DNA of 64,000 nucleotides, taken from positions 3,224,001-3,288,000 of the forward strand of contig VRMN01000001.1 in NCBI GenBank assembly GCA_008690995.1. Direction: 5' to 3'. The notes under the pieces are model-generated. The model searched no databases, was not told the origin of the DNA, and saw only the letters and a program-made list of their open reading frames with translations. Numbering within the stretch: position 1 is the first letter of the stretch; each line of letters begins with the position of its first letter. Position numbers and translations under genes: made by a program. Source of the stretch: Porphyridium purpureum (lineage: Eukaryota). Below, one piece after another: positions 1 through 11,493 of this stretch.

Positions 1-1939
1 GTGTCAATGTTGCCCCATTCCCAGCTACTGCGCCACCGACAGGCCGCGTCCCCGTCGACGTAAGCATCGCCGCGTTTACAACGGCAACACCGCCACGCAC
101 AAAAAATGTGTCGACAAAAGGGTACAGCACGGTGGAAATCGAGTTCATATCATTGTGCAATGCGCAAGCCACGTGAATGTCGACCGCCAGCTCCATGCAC
201 GCACGCACTGTATCGACGACGCCATACTCGCCCAGGAGCTCGCAGAGCCGACTTTGCATCAATTTTTGCGCATTCTTGCCGCCATCCACGGCGCCACTGC
301 GTACAATGGCCGCGCGGATTCTATCCACGAGCCGAATGCGGCTGAAAATCAAAACCGAGGAATTGGTCAGTACTCCAAAGTCGTACGCGCCGGTACGTCC
401 AACGGTTGACCACAGTTGTGAATCCACGGTACCAGATCCATGCGGGCCAACATGACTATTTCTACTGTCGCTTCCATGCAGCGATTCAGCGGCCCAAACC
501 TTCAAGCCGGCAGTTCCGTCTTCAAGGGCTGCCATTTCCCGATCAACCACGAGCTCGGTGAGCTGCATGCTGCCAGCATACCCCGAAAAAGGTGCGTGTG
601 CAAGCCCGCTGAATCCAAACAACGCATTTGGCATACTTGAAGGACGCTTCTCGCATAGCATGGCAACGAGCAAATCAGAGCCGCGTGGCGATACACCGCC
701 ACCGCCGTTGCCGCTACTGCTGCTGCTACAGACAAGAAGCGCGGCACTGTGTGACCAAACGGCAAAGCGAACAGAACCCGCGGTCGCCGAAACTGCATGG
801 GGTGGGTGACGCCATCCGAAAATGCGCATCGACGGGCGGTTGCGAGAAAGCGAGACATAGAAACGCTCACCGAGTGACGAGATCACCACAAGGCTGATAC
901 TGGATGATACCTGCTGTGACACGCCAAATATCGCAATAAATGCACGTGGCATGGCCGGGGCGAGCCGCCTGACTTCGTCATGCACCCGAATCACCGCAAT
1001 TTGGCTGAAGGGAGGCTGCGCGTTTGTATCGTCGCCAGTCCCTTGTGCCGCTCGAGACGATGCGGCTGATGAAGCGGCTGTGAAGAGATGTTGAGGTGTT
1101 GTTGTGTGTGTCACCAGTGTGTAAGCACGCACTACGCCCATTTCTGACAGTGAATAGAGCACGCCGCGATGGTCATCGACCGTAAGGTCAACGATGGAGT
1201 CACGCTCCCATACGTACGAACGCAATGACATGGGTACAAAGCTGGACGAGTAGCTCAGCGAACGGTTAACAAGCTGGTGTGGCGCCGGTCCAAATTGCTG
1301 CCTCATTGCCGCAACGATTCCGCTTTTCACCCGCCCTACGCCTCGCGCGGCAGCATCGCTTGGCCCGCCGCGGGTCCGTGGGTACACTAGCTCGTACACA
1401 CATCCATCGCGCCCGGCAAAGAAGAGGCGACCTCCTGCGGTGTGAAGGATCTTGAGCATGGCGACTGCACCGGTTTGTACAACCAACGCGCTCCTACGAA
1501 TTGCTAGCTCACCAGACTCTGGGTCTTCAGTTACAATAAGCACCGAAATATCGAGCAGCGTGGCCACGACTAGGGCCACGGCGCTGCGCTTGGAGGCACC
1601 GGCACCGTCAACGTAGACATAAAGGGGGCTGGATGCTTTCAGTTGGAAGGAATATACACTGACGATGGTGGACGAAAAAGCTGGGCAAGCCGTGAAGTCA
1701 GTGTCACTGCCAAGATAATTCCATAGGTACAGGCGTTCGTCCACAGCAAACCACGCGCGGTGCAGCAGCGCACAAAAGCCTAGGAAACACTTTCGCTGGA
1801 CACTGCCGTACTGTTCCACCAATGCCTGCGGCATGTCCACGCGACGCACAAGCTCCAGTTCCGCGTCCCAGCCGTCCGATCTCGCACCAGCACCCTGCGC
1901 AAGCTCGGCGTCGTGCCTGAGCTCACGCGACTCGTGCAT
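1..1939 (-). CDS. NUP155: Nucleoporin Nup155/Nup170, N-terminal part; continues beyond the left edge of the window
   Basis: Manual translation of the minus strand gives ELVRRVDMPQALVEQYGSVQRKCFLGFCALLHRAWFAVDERLYLWNY and GRLFFAGRDGCVYELVY, matching Nup155 beta-propeller motifs (human RRVPLPPELVEQF..ISRAWLTIDSDIFMWNY, GRIFLAGKDGCLYEVAY). Its absence from the ORF track is consistent with no stop before position 1. First in-frame ATG is at 1939; the true start may be 2051 (see findings). Confidence 0.9.
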   Translation of the reverse strand, partial: MHESRELRHDAELAQGAGARSDGWDAELELVRRVDMPQALVEQYGSVQRKCFLGFCALLHRAWFAVDERLYLWNYLGSDTDFTACPAFSSTIVSVYSFQLKASSPLYVYVDGAGASKRSAVALVVATLLDISVLIVTEDPESGELAIRRSALVVQTGAVAMLKILHTAGGRLFFAGRDGCVYELVYPRTRGGPSDAAARGVGRVKSGIVAAMRQQFGPAPHQLVNRSLSYSSSFVPMSLRSYVWERDSIVDLTVDDHRGVLYSLSEMGVVRAYTLVTHTTTPQHLFTAASSAASSRAAQGTGDDTNAQPPFSQIAVIRVHDEVRRLAPAMPRAFIAIFGVSQQVSSSISLVVISSLGERFYVSLSRNRPSMRIFGWRHPPHAVSATAGSVRFAVWSHSAALLVCSSSSSGNGGGGVSPRGSDLLVAMLCEKRPSSMPNALFGFSGLAHAPFSGYAGSMQLTELVVDREMAALEDGTAGLKVWAAESLHGSDSRNSHVGPHGSGTVDSQLWSTVGRTGAYDFGVLTNSSVLIFSRIRLVDRIRAAIVRSGAVDGGKNAQKLMQSRLCELLGEYGVVDTVRACMELAVDIHVACALHNDMNSISTVLYPFVDTFFVRGGVAVVNAAMLTSTGTRPVGGAVAGNGATLT

Positions 1940-4105
1940 GAGCTCCCAGCCGGCCAGCGGCGTGCTGCCCGGCGCGTCCCCCGCGCGACGCCAGCAAAGC
2001 GCCGAGCCGCTGGGCGACGTGCACCAGGGCCCCGTCTGATGTCGATGCCATCGCGTAACCGTCCGGCCCAGCTCTTGGTTTATCTGCCGCGCGGCTACGG
2101 TCTCGACACGACCACGCGTGCGCGTCCGCAGGCCAAGTTGTCGCGCCGCGCATTTCAAACGCGCGCGCGCGCGCGATCAAAAACTGTACTCAGAGGTACA
2201 GCTCGCGTTTGTGCGGGTCCATCACGGACGGGACGCGAGCCATGCTCGCTTGGCCTCGTTCATCTGGTGCGTCTTGAACCTCGAGCAACGCTCTTGCTGC
2301 GTTCATCGCATCAAACAAATACGCCGACGAGGCGTGTACCTGGGGCGTACGGTTGTCTGCGGTTTGGCACCCACGCAAATCGCGAGATCCCAGCCGGAAT
2401 GTTAGAGCCAGCCATACAACAGCTGCCGCGCTCTGTCCCCTCAGCGCCAGCAGCAGAAGCTCATAGCTACAGTCGCGTCGCCGGTACATCCTGGAGGTGA
2501 GTATTTTTAATTCTTGCTGAAACTTTATCAAAAAAAAATTCCTGAAAAAGAATGGTCAACGGACGACGGACATTATCTATGACCAGACCAACAGCCGGAC
2601 GCAAGAGAAAAGCGAACAGCGCCTCATGGTGCGTACATCGGCATGAGACGGAGAAAGTTTACACAAGAGGATTCGGGCAAATGAGCCTGCGTCGCTCCAG
2701 ACCTCCCTGTCCCGTGATGCAAATCATATAGACTTCACTACAGAGCTCGTTCCAGCCAGACCCCTGAGGCACCCCAATAGCGCACTCCACACCCACATAA
2801 GCGGAGCTGACGTCTGTGCACATGATGGACCCGAAACGCTTGCAAATTGTCCGCATGCGGTTTGCCGGGTCCGGGCGCAAACGATGCATGTTGCACGCTG
2901 CGAATGGATGTGCATCATGAGCGCTCGGTGCGCGCATATTACCCGGGACCTATAGCGGAGTATGCAAAGCCTTCTTTACGCACACATTCAAACCAAACAT
3001 GCACCGGAAATTCGCTGACGTGAAGCATGGATACCCATTCACACTTCTGCCACTTGCAGAGAAGGAACCAAAGGACCACGCAAAGTTGTACGCCAGGTCA
3101 TTCGTTTGGCAGCTACAGCTATCCACGCATGCGAGAGCGTGTAGCTCATCCAACGAGCCATGGCTTACTCCCGAAACGGAACTGTCACGCCGGCTCGCTT
3201 TCCGTCCGCGTCAATGAAGCTACCGCCCTTCGGATCGACGACCGCCACTGCTAGAGTCACGTTTCGAGGCTATGCCATGATGAACTGCAATTTATCCTCG
3301 CCCAGAGCTTTGTCAAATGCCGTCACACACGACTCAAACTGGCAGTGACGTGTGCATCACAATGCAGTCGTTTCCGGCGCAGTCCGACGATCATGGGGCC
3401 GGCTACTCATTTCCGGCTCTGGTGCCGACTCGTTGATCCTACCTTCCCGCAGCACATGCGCCGCGACGAGGTTTCCACAACCCGGCGGCTCTGGCCGAAC
3501 CTTTTGGTGCTTCGGAACCGGCTTGGCGGTCTGCATCCGTTTTTCTCCGCTCATGCCTTTGAGAAACATTGGCGATGAAGATACTGTGCACTAGCGCTTG
3601 GGAGGATCACCAGCGTCTGGAAAGAGTGAGCCGAATGGAATGCATGAACAAACCCCATCTTGGCACCCATGACATGTCTCGCTGAGAGGTGTTGTGGCCC
3701 CTGGTCGACCGCCAGACCGCCACGTTGAGCGGACACGAGAATGCAATCGTCACCGGCTGCGACAGCATCCGCGCACGCATGCGCATGAAAATGACGAACC
3801 ACGGCGTCGGTCGATTATTCGCCGGATATCACGGCTCTTCGACCGTGCCACGTTAGAACCTGCGCGTGCGCAAACCAACTGCCCCGCTCCTGGCGCGCCG
3901 ATGCCAAGCGCACGTGCCAGAATCAATGACAATCGCCAGTGTGCGGGAGTTGGACGAGGCCAGGACTTGCTCTCGGCTTCACGCACATCGAACCCAGCAA
4001 GGCCAAACCCCCAGAGGTACAGCTCTGTGTGCAGACTTTGGGCCTTTGCGGTGGAGATTGATCGCGTTCGACCGTGCGCGAACACGGTGGGGAGAGCGTT
4101 GCGGT

Positions 4106-4141
4106 AGCAGCAGCAGCAGCAGCGGCGGCGGCGGCGGCGGC
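4106..4141 (+). repeat. (AGC)n(GGC)n trinucleotide microsatellite directly before the ATG at 4142
   Basis: agcagcagcagcagcagcggcggcggcggcggcggc read directly. Confidence 0.85.
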
Positions 4142-6619
4142 ATGGCAGATGGTGCGAGTACTGTTGATTGGGACGGCCATATGAATATTGGTCAGCATGC
4201 TCTCGATGATGCGTCGCTGAAGTCGGCACACACGGCTCTCGAGAACGATGTTGTCCGCGCGTCGCGCCGCGACCATATCTCTGCCGCCGGACATGGCCAT
4301 GGCTATTTGCCGCATCTGGATGGCCTGCGCGCGCTCGCGCTGAGCGGCGTGCTAATGTTTCACTTTGGGCGCAGCGGATTCGGCGCAGGTGGGTTTATCG
4401 GCGTCGACATGTTTTTCGTCTTGTCGGGCTTTCTCGTCACGCGCAACATTCTGGACGATATTCTGCAGGACACCTTTTCGTTCCGCACCTTTTATCAGAG
4501 GAGATTTTGGCGGCTTTACCCGAGCTCGCTCTGTACAAGCGTTTGCGTGCTTGCTGCATCCATATACTTGCTTTCCGGCAATTTACTGAAAAGCTCGCTT
4601 CGATCAGTAGCTGCCAGCATGATATCGTTGTCGAATGTGCTTTTTTACTCAGAGGCCGGATATTGGGACACCGGGGCAGAGCTGAAGCCCCTTTTGCATA
4701 CGTGGTCCCTTTCGATTGAGGAACAGTTTTACTTCCTGTGGCCAGCCATGTTGACCCTGGTGGCGCGTGCTCCATTTCTCATAAATGTTCCACCAGCACG
4801 TAGGCTGTACGCTTGGGGTAGTATTTTTGGATTCTGCGCCGTGCTAGCATTTGCGTGGGCATGGCAATACGAAAGCGTCGATGCGTCCGGCGCCTTCTTT
4901 TTGCTTCCTGCCCGTGTGTATCAGTTTGCCCTTGGCGCCGGCCTGCTCGGTCTTTCAGAGCAATTGCAAAATCATAACGGACTACTCGTCGATATCGCGA
5001 GTATCTGTTCTGTGGCGACGTGCGTGGCGTCATTTTTCTATCTTGGACACGACACCGGGAATGGTTTCGAGTCCTCATCGCCCATCGCACAGCTCTTTTC
5101 AGGAATCAAGGCGCTTCCCACGCTGCTCGGAACCGCGCTGCTGATTTTGTTTCCGAGCTCCATTGTATGTCGGCTAGTCTTGTGCAATAGCTTCATGGCT
5201 CATGTTGGACGTGTTTCATACACTCTGTATCTCGTGCACTGGCCCATCCGCGTTTTCTTGGGCTTTGTGGCCACCACTATGCCCTTCGCACATGGCTGGC
5301 TGGACCACTGGTCGATCATGCTTGCACTCACAGCGGTCACGGGCATGGCGCAGTATATCCTTGTGGAAAAGCGCCTGAGGACACGCGAAGCTGTTCCATA
5401 CAAGTTCTGGCTTGGGATCGGATTCACTATGTGGTCCGCTTTCGCGGTGGTTCTCTGGGTGCTTTTTGTTGGTGATGTTTCGAGTGACCATCATGCAGGT
5501 GGTGTGCACACGCCGACACAGACGGGTATCAATAGCACGGTGTATGATGCACTGATTGCTCTGGAGCGCCCTGATGGAAGTAAGGAGTACATTCCCCGTG
5601 CATTTGTGAATGTGACGCGCCTTGCGTATCGTCAGTATCCAAACGGTCAGTTGACAGACGCTTTTCCACCTCCGAGATGGATGAATGATATGAATAATGA
5701 TACGGAGTGGGATATTGTTGCGAAGCTTATCGAGCGCGCATCACCAGTGCCCCTGAGACAACGGCTTTCGCCCAGGGACACTCTTATTCTGCTTCGAAAC
5801 TGGGGTTACATTTTCTTAACGAATGATATGCATTTTTGGTGGTGCGAAAAAAGCGGTATTGCAGCTGACATTTCAATTGGGGGCCTTTATCCGTGCGTGC
5901 TAGGAGACGCGTCCAAGGCACCGAGCGCGGTCATTATTGGTGACAGTGAAGTGTTTGCGCTCAAACCCGCACTTTCATTTGTCGGCAAGGAGCTGGGCGT
6001 GTCGATATGGTCGGTTAACAATGTGGCTTGCGTGATGGCCTTTGAGAGCCAGAAAGACATCCATACACCGGAATCGTACGACCCCAATCAGCCTTTGGAA
6101 AAGCAAGCTTGCAAGTTGCAAACTATCGCGGCACGAAAAGTCGTGGAATCGTTGCCGCGTGGAACCGTAGTTTTCTTGGACTTCCTGTCCAACGCCTGGG
6201 TACAATACTATCGGCAGGGCACGATCATGTATGCATCGGAGATTAATTATCTACGCAGCCTCGGTCTGCGAATTGTATTTATTGGCACCTTACCGTGGAA
6301 AAGAGGACCGGGTAGGTGCTTGCCAAACTTGAAGCCGCCTCGAACCGATTGCATCGAGCCCACAGGCCAGGAGTTCTACGATGACTATAAAGTCACGCGC
6401 GACTTCATCGAAAATGTCCTGAATCTGACATATGTGGACCTGGCCGATCCGTTTCGTGTGCACCCGGGGTCGGATGAAAATAATTTCACGTGGGCGGTGG
6501 ACGGATTTCCATTGCTCTTTGACGATAGACACGTGAACATAGCCGGCTCTCTGTACGCTTCGAATGTGATTGCCGACATGTACCGAGAGCATTTGCTCGG
6601 GCACGGAGCGAAAGAATAG
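4142..6619 (+). CDS. Acyltransferase-3 (OafA/OatA-like) membrane O-acyltransferase with C-terminal SGNH domain
   Basis: Motifs YLPHLDGLRALA, GFIGVDMFFVLSGFLVT, FYQRRFWRLYP and HTWSLSIEEQFY, many transmembrane segments, then SGNH motifs IIGDS and DDRH. First ATG in the frame is at 4142 (the ORF track starts at a GTG, 3866). Confidence 0.92.
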   Translation: MADGASTVDWDGHMNIGQHALDDASLKSAHTALENDVVRASRRDHISAAGHGHGYLPHLDGLRALALSGVLMFHFGRSGFGAGGFIGVDMFFVLSGFLVTRNILDDILQDTFSFRTFYQRRFWRLYPSSLCTSVCVLAASIYLLSGNLLKSSLRSVAASMISLSNVLFYSEAGYWDTGAELKPLLHTWSLSIEEQFYFLWPAMLTLVARAPFLINVPPARRLYAWGSIFGFCAVLAFAWAWQYESVDASGAFFLLPARVYQFALGAGLLGLSEQLQNHNGLLVDIASICSVATCVASFFYLGHDTGNGFESSSPIAQLFSGIKALPTLLGTALLILFPSSIVCRLVLCNSFMAHVGRVSYTLYLVHWPIRVFLGFVATTMPFAHGWLDHWSIMLALTAVTGMAQYILVEKRLRTREAVPYKFWLGIGFTMWSAFAVVLWVLFVGDVSSDHHAGGVHTPTQTGINSTVYDALIALERPDGSKEYIPRAFVNVTRLAYRQYPNGQLTDAFPPPRWMNDMNNDTEWDIVAKLIERASPVPLRQRLSPRDTLILLRNWGYIFLTNDMHFWWCEKSGIAADISIGGLYPCVLGDASKAPSAVIIGDSEVFALKPALSFVGKELGVSIWSVNNVACVMAFESQKDIHTPESYDPNQPLEKQACKLQTIAARKVVESLPRGTVVFLDFLSNAWVQYYRQGTIMYASEINYLRSLGLRIVFIGTLPWKRGPGRCLPNLKPPRTDCIEPTGQEFYDDYKVTRDFIENVLNLTYVDLADPFRVHPGSDENNFTWAVDGFPLLFDDRHVNIAGSLYASNVIADMYREHLLGHGAKE

Positions 6620-7023
6620 TCTCGCTGAGCCTGGACACCGCAGCGCGAGCCCTCAAGACAACATCCTCGTCAGCAACAAGGCAGACCAGGGAGAGTAGAG
6701 TTGCGCTGGAAATCACTTTCGTCAACGTGCGATTGCCACAAAATGTGAGAGCGTGGACAGCGTGAGAACGACATTCTGAAGCGTAACGGCATTCTTGCAA
6801 GAGTACATAGCTACACAAGAAGACACCAGGCAACTAGATTTCGTCAATGCTCAATCAACACCTTGGAGCCGCGATGTATCCAAGACGCTTTACGCGTCGC
6901 TTTTCTTTTTACATTCGGGGCCCTAATCATACTATGCCTCCCGTCGCGACATGTTCACTGTGGGGCATTCAAACGGTATCCCGATAAATCATGACGTCAA
7001 ACTCCGTAAGAGCGATCGTCGTG

Positions 7024-8670
7024 TCAATCCTGGACCAACGGTGAGTACCGCGATGTCTTCAGAAAATTTTCCATGCACTTATCGTGGTCTGGAAATACAA
7101 CATTCGGGCACAAGTCCCTCTTGAACGATTTTGGCACGCGGTGCACGTGTGTGCCGAGCTCAAAGTATGCATGCATGGCCCATGCGCGATGCATAATGGT
7201 GTGTGCTTGGAGCACGACTTGCATACCGTTCGCACGAATACTGTCGATATATTTCGCGTTTTCCGGGTTGGTCACAAATGCAATCATCTCGCCCGGCGAG
7301 ATCGAATCGTAGGCGAGAAAGTGCGTCCCATTGATGATTCCGTGACCAGCGAGCAGATCGACGGTGTCGCTGTTGGGCATTGCCAACACGCCCACGGCCA
7401 TCGCTTCGTAAATCTTGGACACCAAGAAGAAGGTATCCCTCGTGTCAGCCAGCATGGCCACATAAGGCCGAATGGACTCTGCAAACTGCATGGCGGTGGT
7501 CGATGTGTAGTTTCCAATGTACCCTGGGTGGTCGATGCGCACGACAACGCCTAATTGGCGTAGGTTTGTATGCAACCAATCGCGGAGCGGGTATTCGTCG
7601 TTGATCCGTCCCGGCAGCGATGCGGCGCGCATCGCATACTTATTGAAGGTGTAGTAATGCAAATACTCTGGGGCAGCTGCATGCGGGATCCACACGAGCT
7701 CGACCGAATTCGGACTCGGAGGACTGGGAAGCGTCGCCAAATAGTCCCACAGGCGGTACACGTATGGCCCCATGTACACGTCAAATGCGTCGAAGAAATC
7801 CTTGATCATGCGGGGGCTCATATATAGCTTGAACGTATGCAGGTCATCATTGAATAAGGCAAGCTTGGTTCCTGGGTGCGCGCGTTTGTACTCATACGCG
7901 TGGACAAGCGCATGCTTGTGCTGCACAATGGGCACACATACCACCAGCACATCGGGGACGCCAAAGGTGCGATTAAAAAGCGCATCGTCCATGAACTGCA
8001 CTCGTGTCGCGAACTTCCACCCATATGCATTCTTGAGTCCATCGAACAAATAGTAGTAGCTACGAAGGATCTGCGTGGCTGGGAGATCACGCGGATTCGT
8101 CGTGTCGAGGCACTCGATACCTACAATGTTTTTCCTGCGCGGAAGTTGATCCGGCTGGATATTGAGCGACGCAAAGATGCGAGCCAGTTGCGCGCCATCC
8201 ATCTCATGAAGATCCCGCGGAACACGCCACTGAAAGTAGAGCGGATGTTCCGTCGCATTCTGTGTTTGCGTCTGTGTCTGCGGCGGAGCCGCAGTCGCCG
8301 GTGCTCCTGATGCCGTCGGTTGGGTACTGTTTGGTAGGACGTTTTTCTCTCCTGATCCTGGTCCTGGTCCATTGATCGCGGCAGCAAACGTGTTCGGAAC
8401 GACGTGCTGAGCAGAGTAGGTTTTTTCTTGCGCAGACGAAAACAGAAAAGCCAGGCTTGTCTGCATTTTCCTCAGGGCCCGCGCGTTGACTTGCTCCTCG
8501 CCGACGGAGAACGCGAGCACCCCCACGCACAGAACGAGCGCGCACACAAATGCAAGCAGCACGACCGATGCGGGCGTCCCGCCGCGCCGAGCATTTTGTT
8601 CAGTCGCCGTCGCAGGAAGCTGCTCGGCTCCTGCCCGAAGCGTTCGGAACGGCTTCCGCTCTGTCGTCAT
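7024..8670 (-). CDS. Type II membrane glycosyltransferase, GT-B fold (Glyco_trans_1_2/CgeB-YkvP-like C-terminus)
   Basis: Short N-terminal tail, one TM helix (VVLLAFVCALVLCVGVLAF), Thr/Pro/Gln stem, then SKIYEAMAVGVL, GTHFLAYD and IRANGMQVVLQAHTIMHRA. ATG at 8670. Confidence 0.75.
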   Translation of the reverse strand: MTTERKPFRTLRAGAEQLPATATEQNARRGGTPASVVLLAFVCALVLCVGVLAFSVGEEQVNARALRKMQTSLAFLFSSAQEKTYSAQHVVPNTFAAAINGPGPGSGEKNVLPNSTQPTASGAPATAAPPQTQTQTQNATEHPLYFQWRVPRDLHEMDGAQLARIFASLNIQPDQLPRRKNIVGIECLDTTNPRDLPATQILRSYYYLFDGLKNAYGWKFATRVQFMDDALFNRTFGVPDVLVVCVPIVQHKHALVHAYEYKRAHPGTKLALFNDDLHTFKLYMSPRMIKDFFDAFDVYMGPYVYRLWDYLATLPSPPSPNSVELVWIPHAAAPEYLHYYTFNKYAMRAASLPGRINDEYPLRDWLHTNLRQLGVVVRIDHPGYIGNYTSTTAMQFAESIRPYVAMLADTRDTFFLVSKIYEAMAVGVLAMPNSDTVDLLAGHGIINGTHFLAYDSISPGEMIAFVTNPENAKYIDSIRANGMQVVLQAHTIMHRAWAMHAYFELGTHVHRVPKSFKRDLCPNVVFPDHDKCMENFLKTSRYSPLVQD

Positions 8671-10005
8671 CGTTCCAGCGGCGGCGGCGGCGGGAGCTCC
8701 GAAGCACACCACACCTCAACTCACGGCCGTGCCACCTCACCACAAGCGGACACGTTGAGCGCCTCGCAGTGAAAGAGTCAAACTGTACCTCGTGAGATCG
8801 AGCGGCGTACAAGGTACACTTCGGCGGCTCGAAGCAGCGTGCAGCTGGCAGGAAATTGGAGGAACACCGCGGGCGCTCGGTGCGACTGCGTCCGCACGCA
8901 TCCCGCATCGGCGGGTTGTTTGTGCGCCTCACGCTTGCAACTGCGAGCCATTTTTTTGGGGCTACGTTATCCTTTAGCGCCGTTCTGTTGATGGGTGACT
9001 AGTTCGTGATATACTACAGCATTCAACGCGCACCGTCCTTGCCTCACTTTGTGTGAAAGGTGAAGTGGTTGTACGTTTTTCTGCCGGCCTTGTTGATTGC
9101 CGCCGGGAGCGAGGTGGGAACTGAAGCAGTTTACACGTGTCTGCTACTTTTCATTCCGACTCACAGCTGGCCACTCACATCATCCCATCGGCACATTGAT
9201 TCCGTGTGTCCACCGCATGTAATAGTGAAGAGCCAACGTCCTTTGGGTAGTCAGAGCGTTTCACAGAGCGGATTAAGTGGTGGAGATCGGGCGCGTTTGA
9301 TGGAAGGTGAATGAGATCGATCGTGGGGTAACGGCGAAAATAAAGCACGATGAACGGAGAGGAAAGAAATCGAGTAACCTGATGACCCGAGCTCTCGTTT
9401 TCGCGCGACGTTGTCTGTTTGCACAGTCGGGGAAGTGGTAGGGACGTGGAGCGCTGACAAAGAGGAGGAATGGACTCAACTACCAACCAATCCTCATGAA
9501 AATCCTCGGCGCCGATGAACGAACCATCCGTTGAATTTATTGTAACAAATACGCACGTGCGCTCCCCTGCCAGCCACCGACTTTTGCTTAATTTCACGCA
9601 TATCGCGTCATTTCCGCGCGTCGAAACGTTCAACGCACAGAATGTTGCGACTTTGAGGGAGCGTCACTTGCGCGTTCGGTTTTTGCGTGCAACTTCCTCT
9701 CGTTTGATGCTGGCTTGCTCGCTGGCGGGTGGGCGGGTGGACAAGTTCTCTCCACCATGCGAAGGTGCGCTGGAGATGTAAGTTTACTACGTTTGGTGGC
9801 ATGAACATCCCCTTTTTTTCCTTTCTGTTTTCATCCTGGGTTACTCTGCAAGCGGAGCACCACAACTTCGCCGGAATCCCGCATCCAGTCGCTGCGGTCA
9901 CTTCTACAAAGAACAAGCGTTTCCGCGTCTCTCCGTCGTCTACAAACACAAGCATCATGCCGGCATTTCCACGTGGTCAACCCACGCAACACTGTTGCCT
10001 ACTTA

Positions 10006-11493
10006 ATGGACGCGCGCGTAGCCTGGTTGACAGGGAGCCTGGCGAAACAGCAGGCACGGATGGCAAGCCGGAAGCGCTACTGGGTTCACAGGCGCACGCG
10101 CGATTGTATGAACCAGCAAGGCCCCTCCTCGTGCTGGAGGACAGAGAAGTCGGACAGAGCCAGGCAGGAACAGGACGGTGCTAAACCTTTCCCGGAAAAA
10201 AGTGGGCGCTCGCGTGCACACGTTGAGCCGCACGACGTCCACTCTGAACTGGCAAGCATGGCTGTATATTACCCGGCCCTCTTGGCAGCAACATCAAACC
10301 AGCCCCACCTTCACCCGGATATGACCGGCTGGGCTCGTTGGCCTCAACCAACGACAGGTGGACTCGATAGCGTTGACATTTCTCCGGAAGTCAACTCTTG
10401 GCGTCTGACGAAGGATTCAAGGGGGAGCGCAAAACTACCATCAGCTGCGATCACGGAATCAGCGGAGAGGTTACCGGGCGTCGCTGAAATTCTTTCCACC
10501 AGCGAGGATGTGATTTTCGTGGAGAGTGGCTCTAGTCAGGGCACCGCCTTTTGGCACCAAGCGGCCAGCTGGAGCCCATCGGCAGCTGTGCGCAAGTCGT
10601 CCTATTTTGGTGCTGACCGCTCGTTGCATGAACAGGTACGCACGGAGCAAGGTTTGAGTTCGAAGGAGAGGGCGCTACCAGCGCCTCTTCAGCACGTAGG
10701 GTCAGCGCCTGCTGCGCAACCCTACTCGGAACGACGGCGGAATCCAGTCCCTCTGAAACCAGAGGAAGGGGCCCCAGGTCCCGGGGTATTATCAGACAGC
10801 CTGCCTTTGGGTTCCAGCCATCATCGTCAGCCACGTGGGCTTGCTTCCGCATCGCAGTCAGTGGGAAATCGTGAACCTTTGATTGTGCAGCTCCAGGAAC
10901 TACGGCACCAAGCACAGCCGTTGGTGCAAGAGTTCCAAAAATCCGACTCCCATTCGGGACTTGGTCAAAGCATGCATGGCATCCTCGAGGGCTTCGGTAG
11001 ATCCGGTTTGAATCCAGAAAGACCCTCTCCACAACAGACAAGTACCGGCAACAGCGGCTCTGCGGAGGCGGGCGCAGCTAGTCGGTCACTCCTTGGCAGA
11101 CGCCAATATTCACGGCGGCAGTATTGGACACCGGAAGAGGACGAGCTGCTCCGTACGCTCGTCGCCTCTTTGGGACCGACTGATTGGCCCAGCTTGTCCG
11201 CCAAGATGCCTGGTCGCTCGAGCAAGCAGTGTCGCGAGCGCTGGCTCAATCATTTGCAGCCATCTGCACACAAGAGCGCGTGGACAGCAGAGGAGGATGC
11301 ACTCATTGCGCAGCTGCACAGCCAGCACGGCAACAAGTGGCGATTAATTGCGCAATATGTGCCCGGGCGGTCTGACAATGATATCAAGAACAGGTTTCAC
11401 GTGACGCTGCGCCGCCTGAAGAAGGAGCAGCGAGGAGAGTTTTCAGACCTGGATAGCGCGTTCATGGCCGAAAAGCGATCATCGTTTCAGTAA
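10006..11493 (+). CDS. R2R3-MYB transcription factor, copy 1 (start uncertain: ATG 10006 or 10258)
   Basis: Two MYB repeats: WTPEEDELLRTLV..W..GRSSKQCRERWLNHL and WTAEEDALIAQLHSQHGNKWRLIA..GRSDNDIKNRF. Confidence 0.93.
   Translation: MDARVAWLTGSLAKQQARMASRKRYWVHRRTRDCMNQQGPSSCWRTEKSDRARQEQDGAKPFPEKSGRSRAHVEPHDVHSELASMAVYYPALLAATSNQPHLHPDMTGWARWPQPTTGGLDSVDISPEVNSWRLTKDSRGSAKLPSAAITESAERLPGVAEILSTSEDVIFVESGSSQGTAFWHQAASWSPSAAVRKSSYFGADRSLHEQVRTEQGLSSKERALPAPLQHVGSAPAAQPYSERRRNPVPLKPEEGAPGPGVLSDSLPLGSSHHRQPRGLASASQSVGNREPLIVQLQELRHQAQPLVQEFQKSDSHSGLGQSMHGILEGFGRSGLNPERPSPQQTSTGNSGSAEAGAASRSLLGRRQYSRRQYWTPEEDELLRTLVASLGPTDWPSLSAKMPGRSSKQCRERWLNHLQPSAHKSAWTAEEDALIAQLHSQHGNKWRLIAQYVPGRSDNDIKNRFHVTLRRLKKEQRGEFSDLDSAFMAEKRSSFQ

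Noticed and set aside
2500..3860. Short ORFs between Nup155 and the acyltransferase
   Set aside because: No recognisable motifs or consistent frame; they may be decayed coding DNA but this cannot be supported.
9778..9851. Possible 5' UTR intron upstream of MYB copy 1 (GTAAGT plus pyrimidine tract)
   Set aside because: No clear branch point or YAG acceptor; not testable without transcripts.
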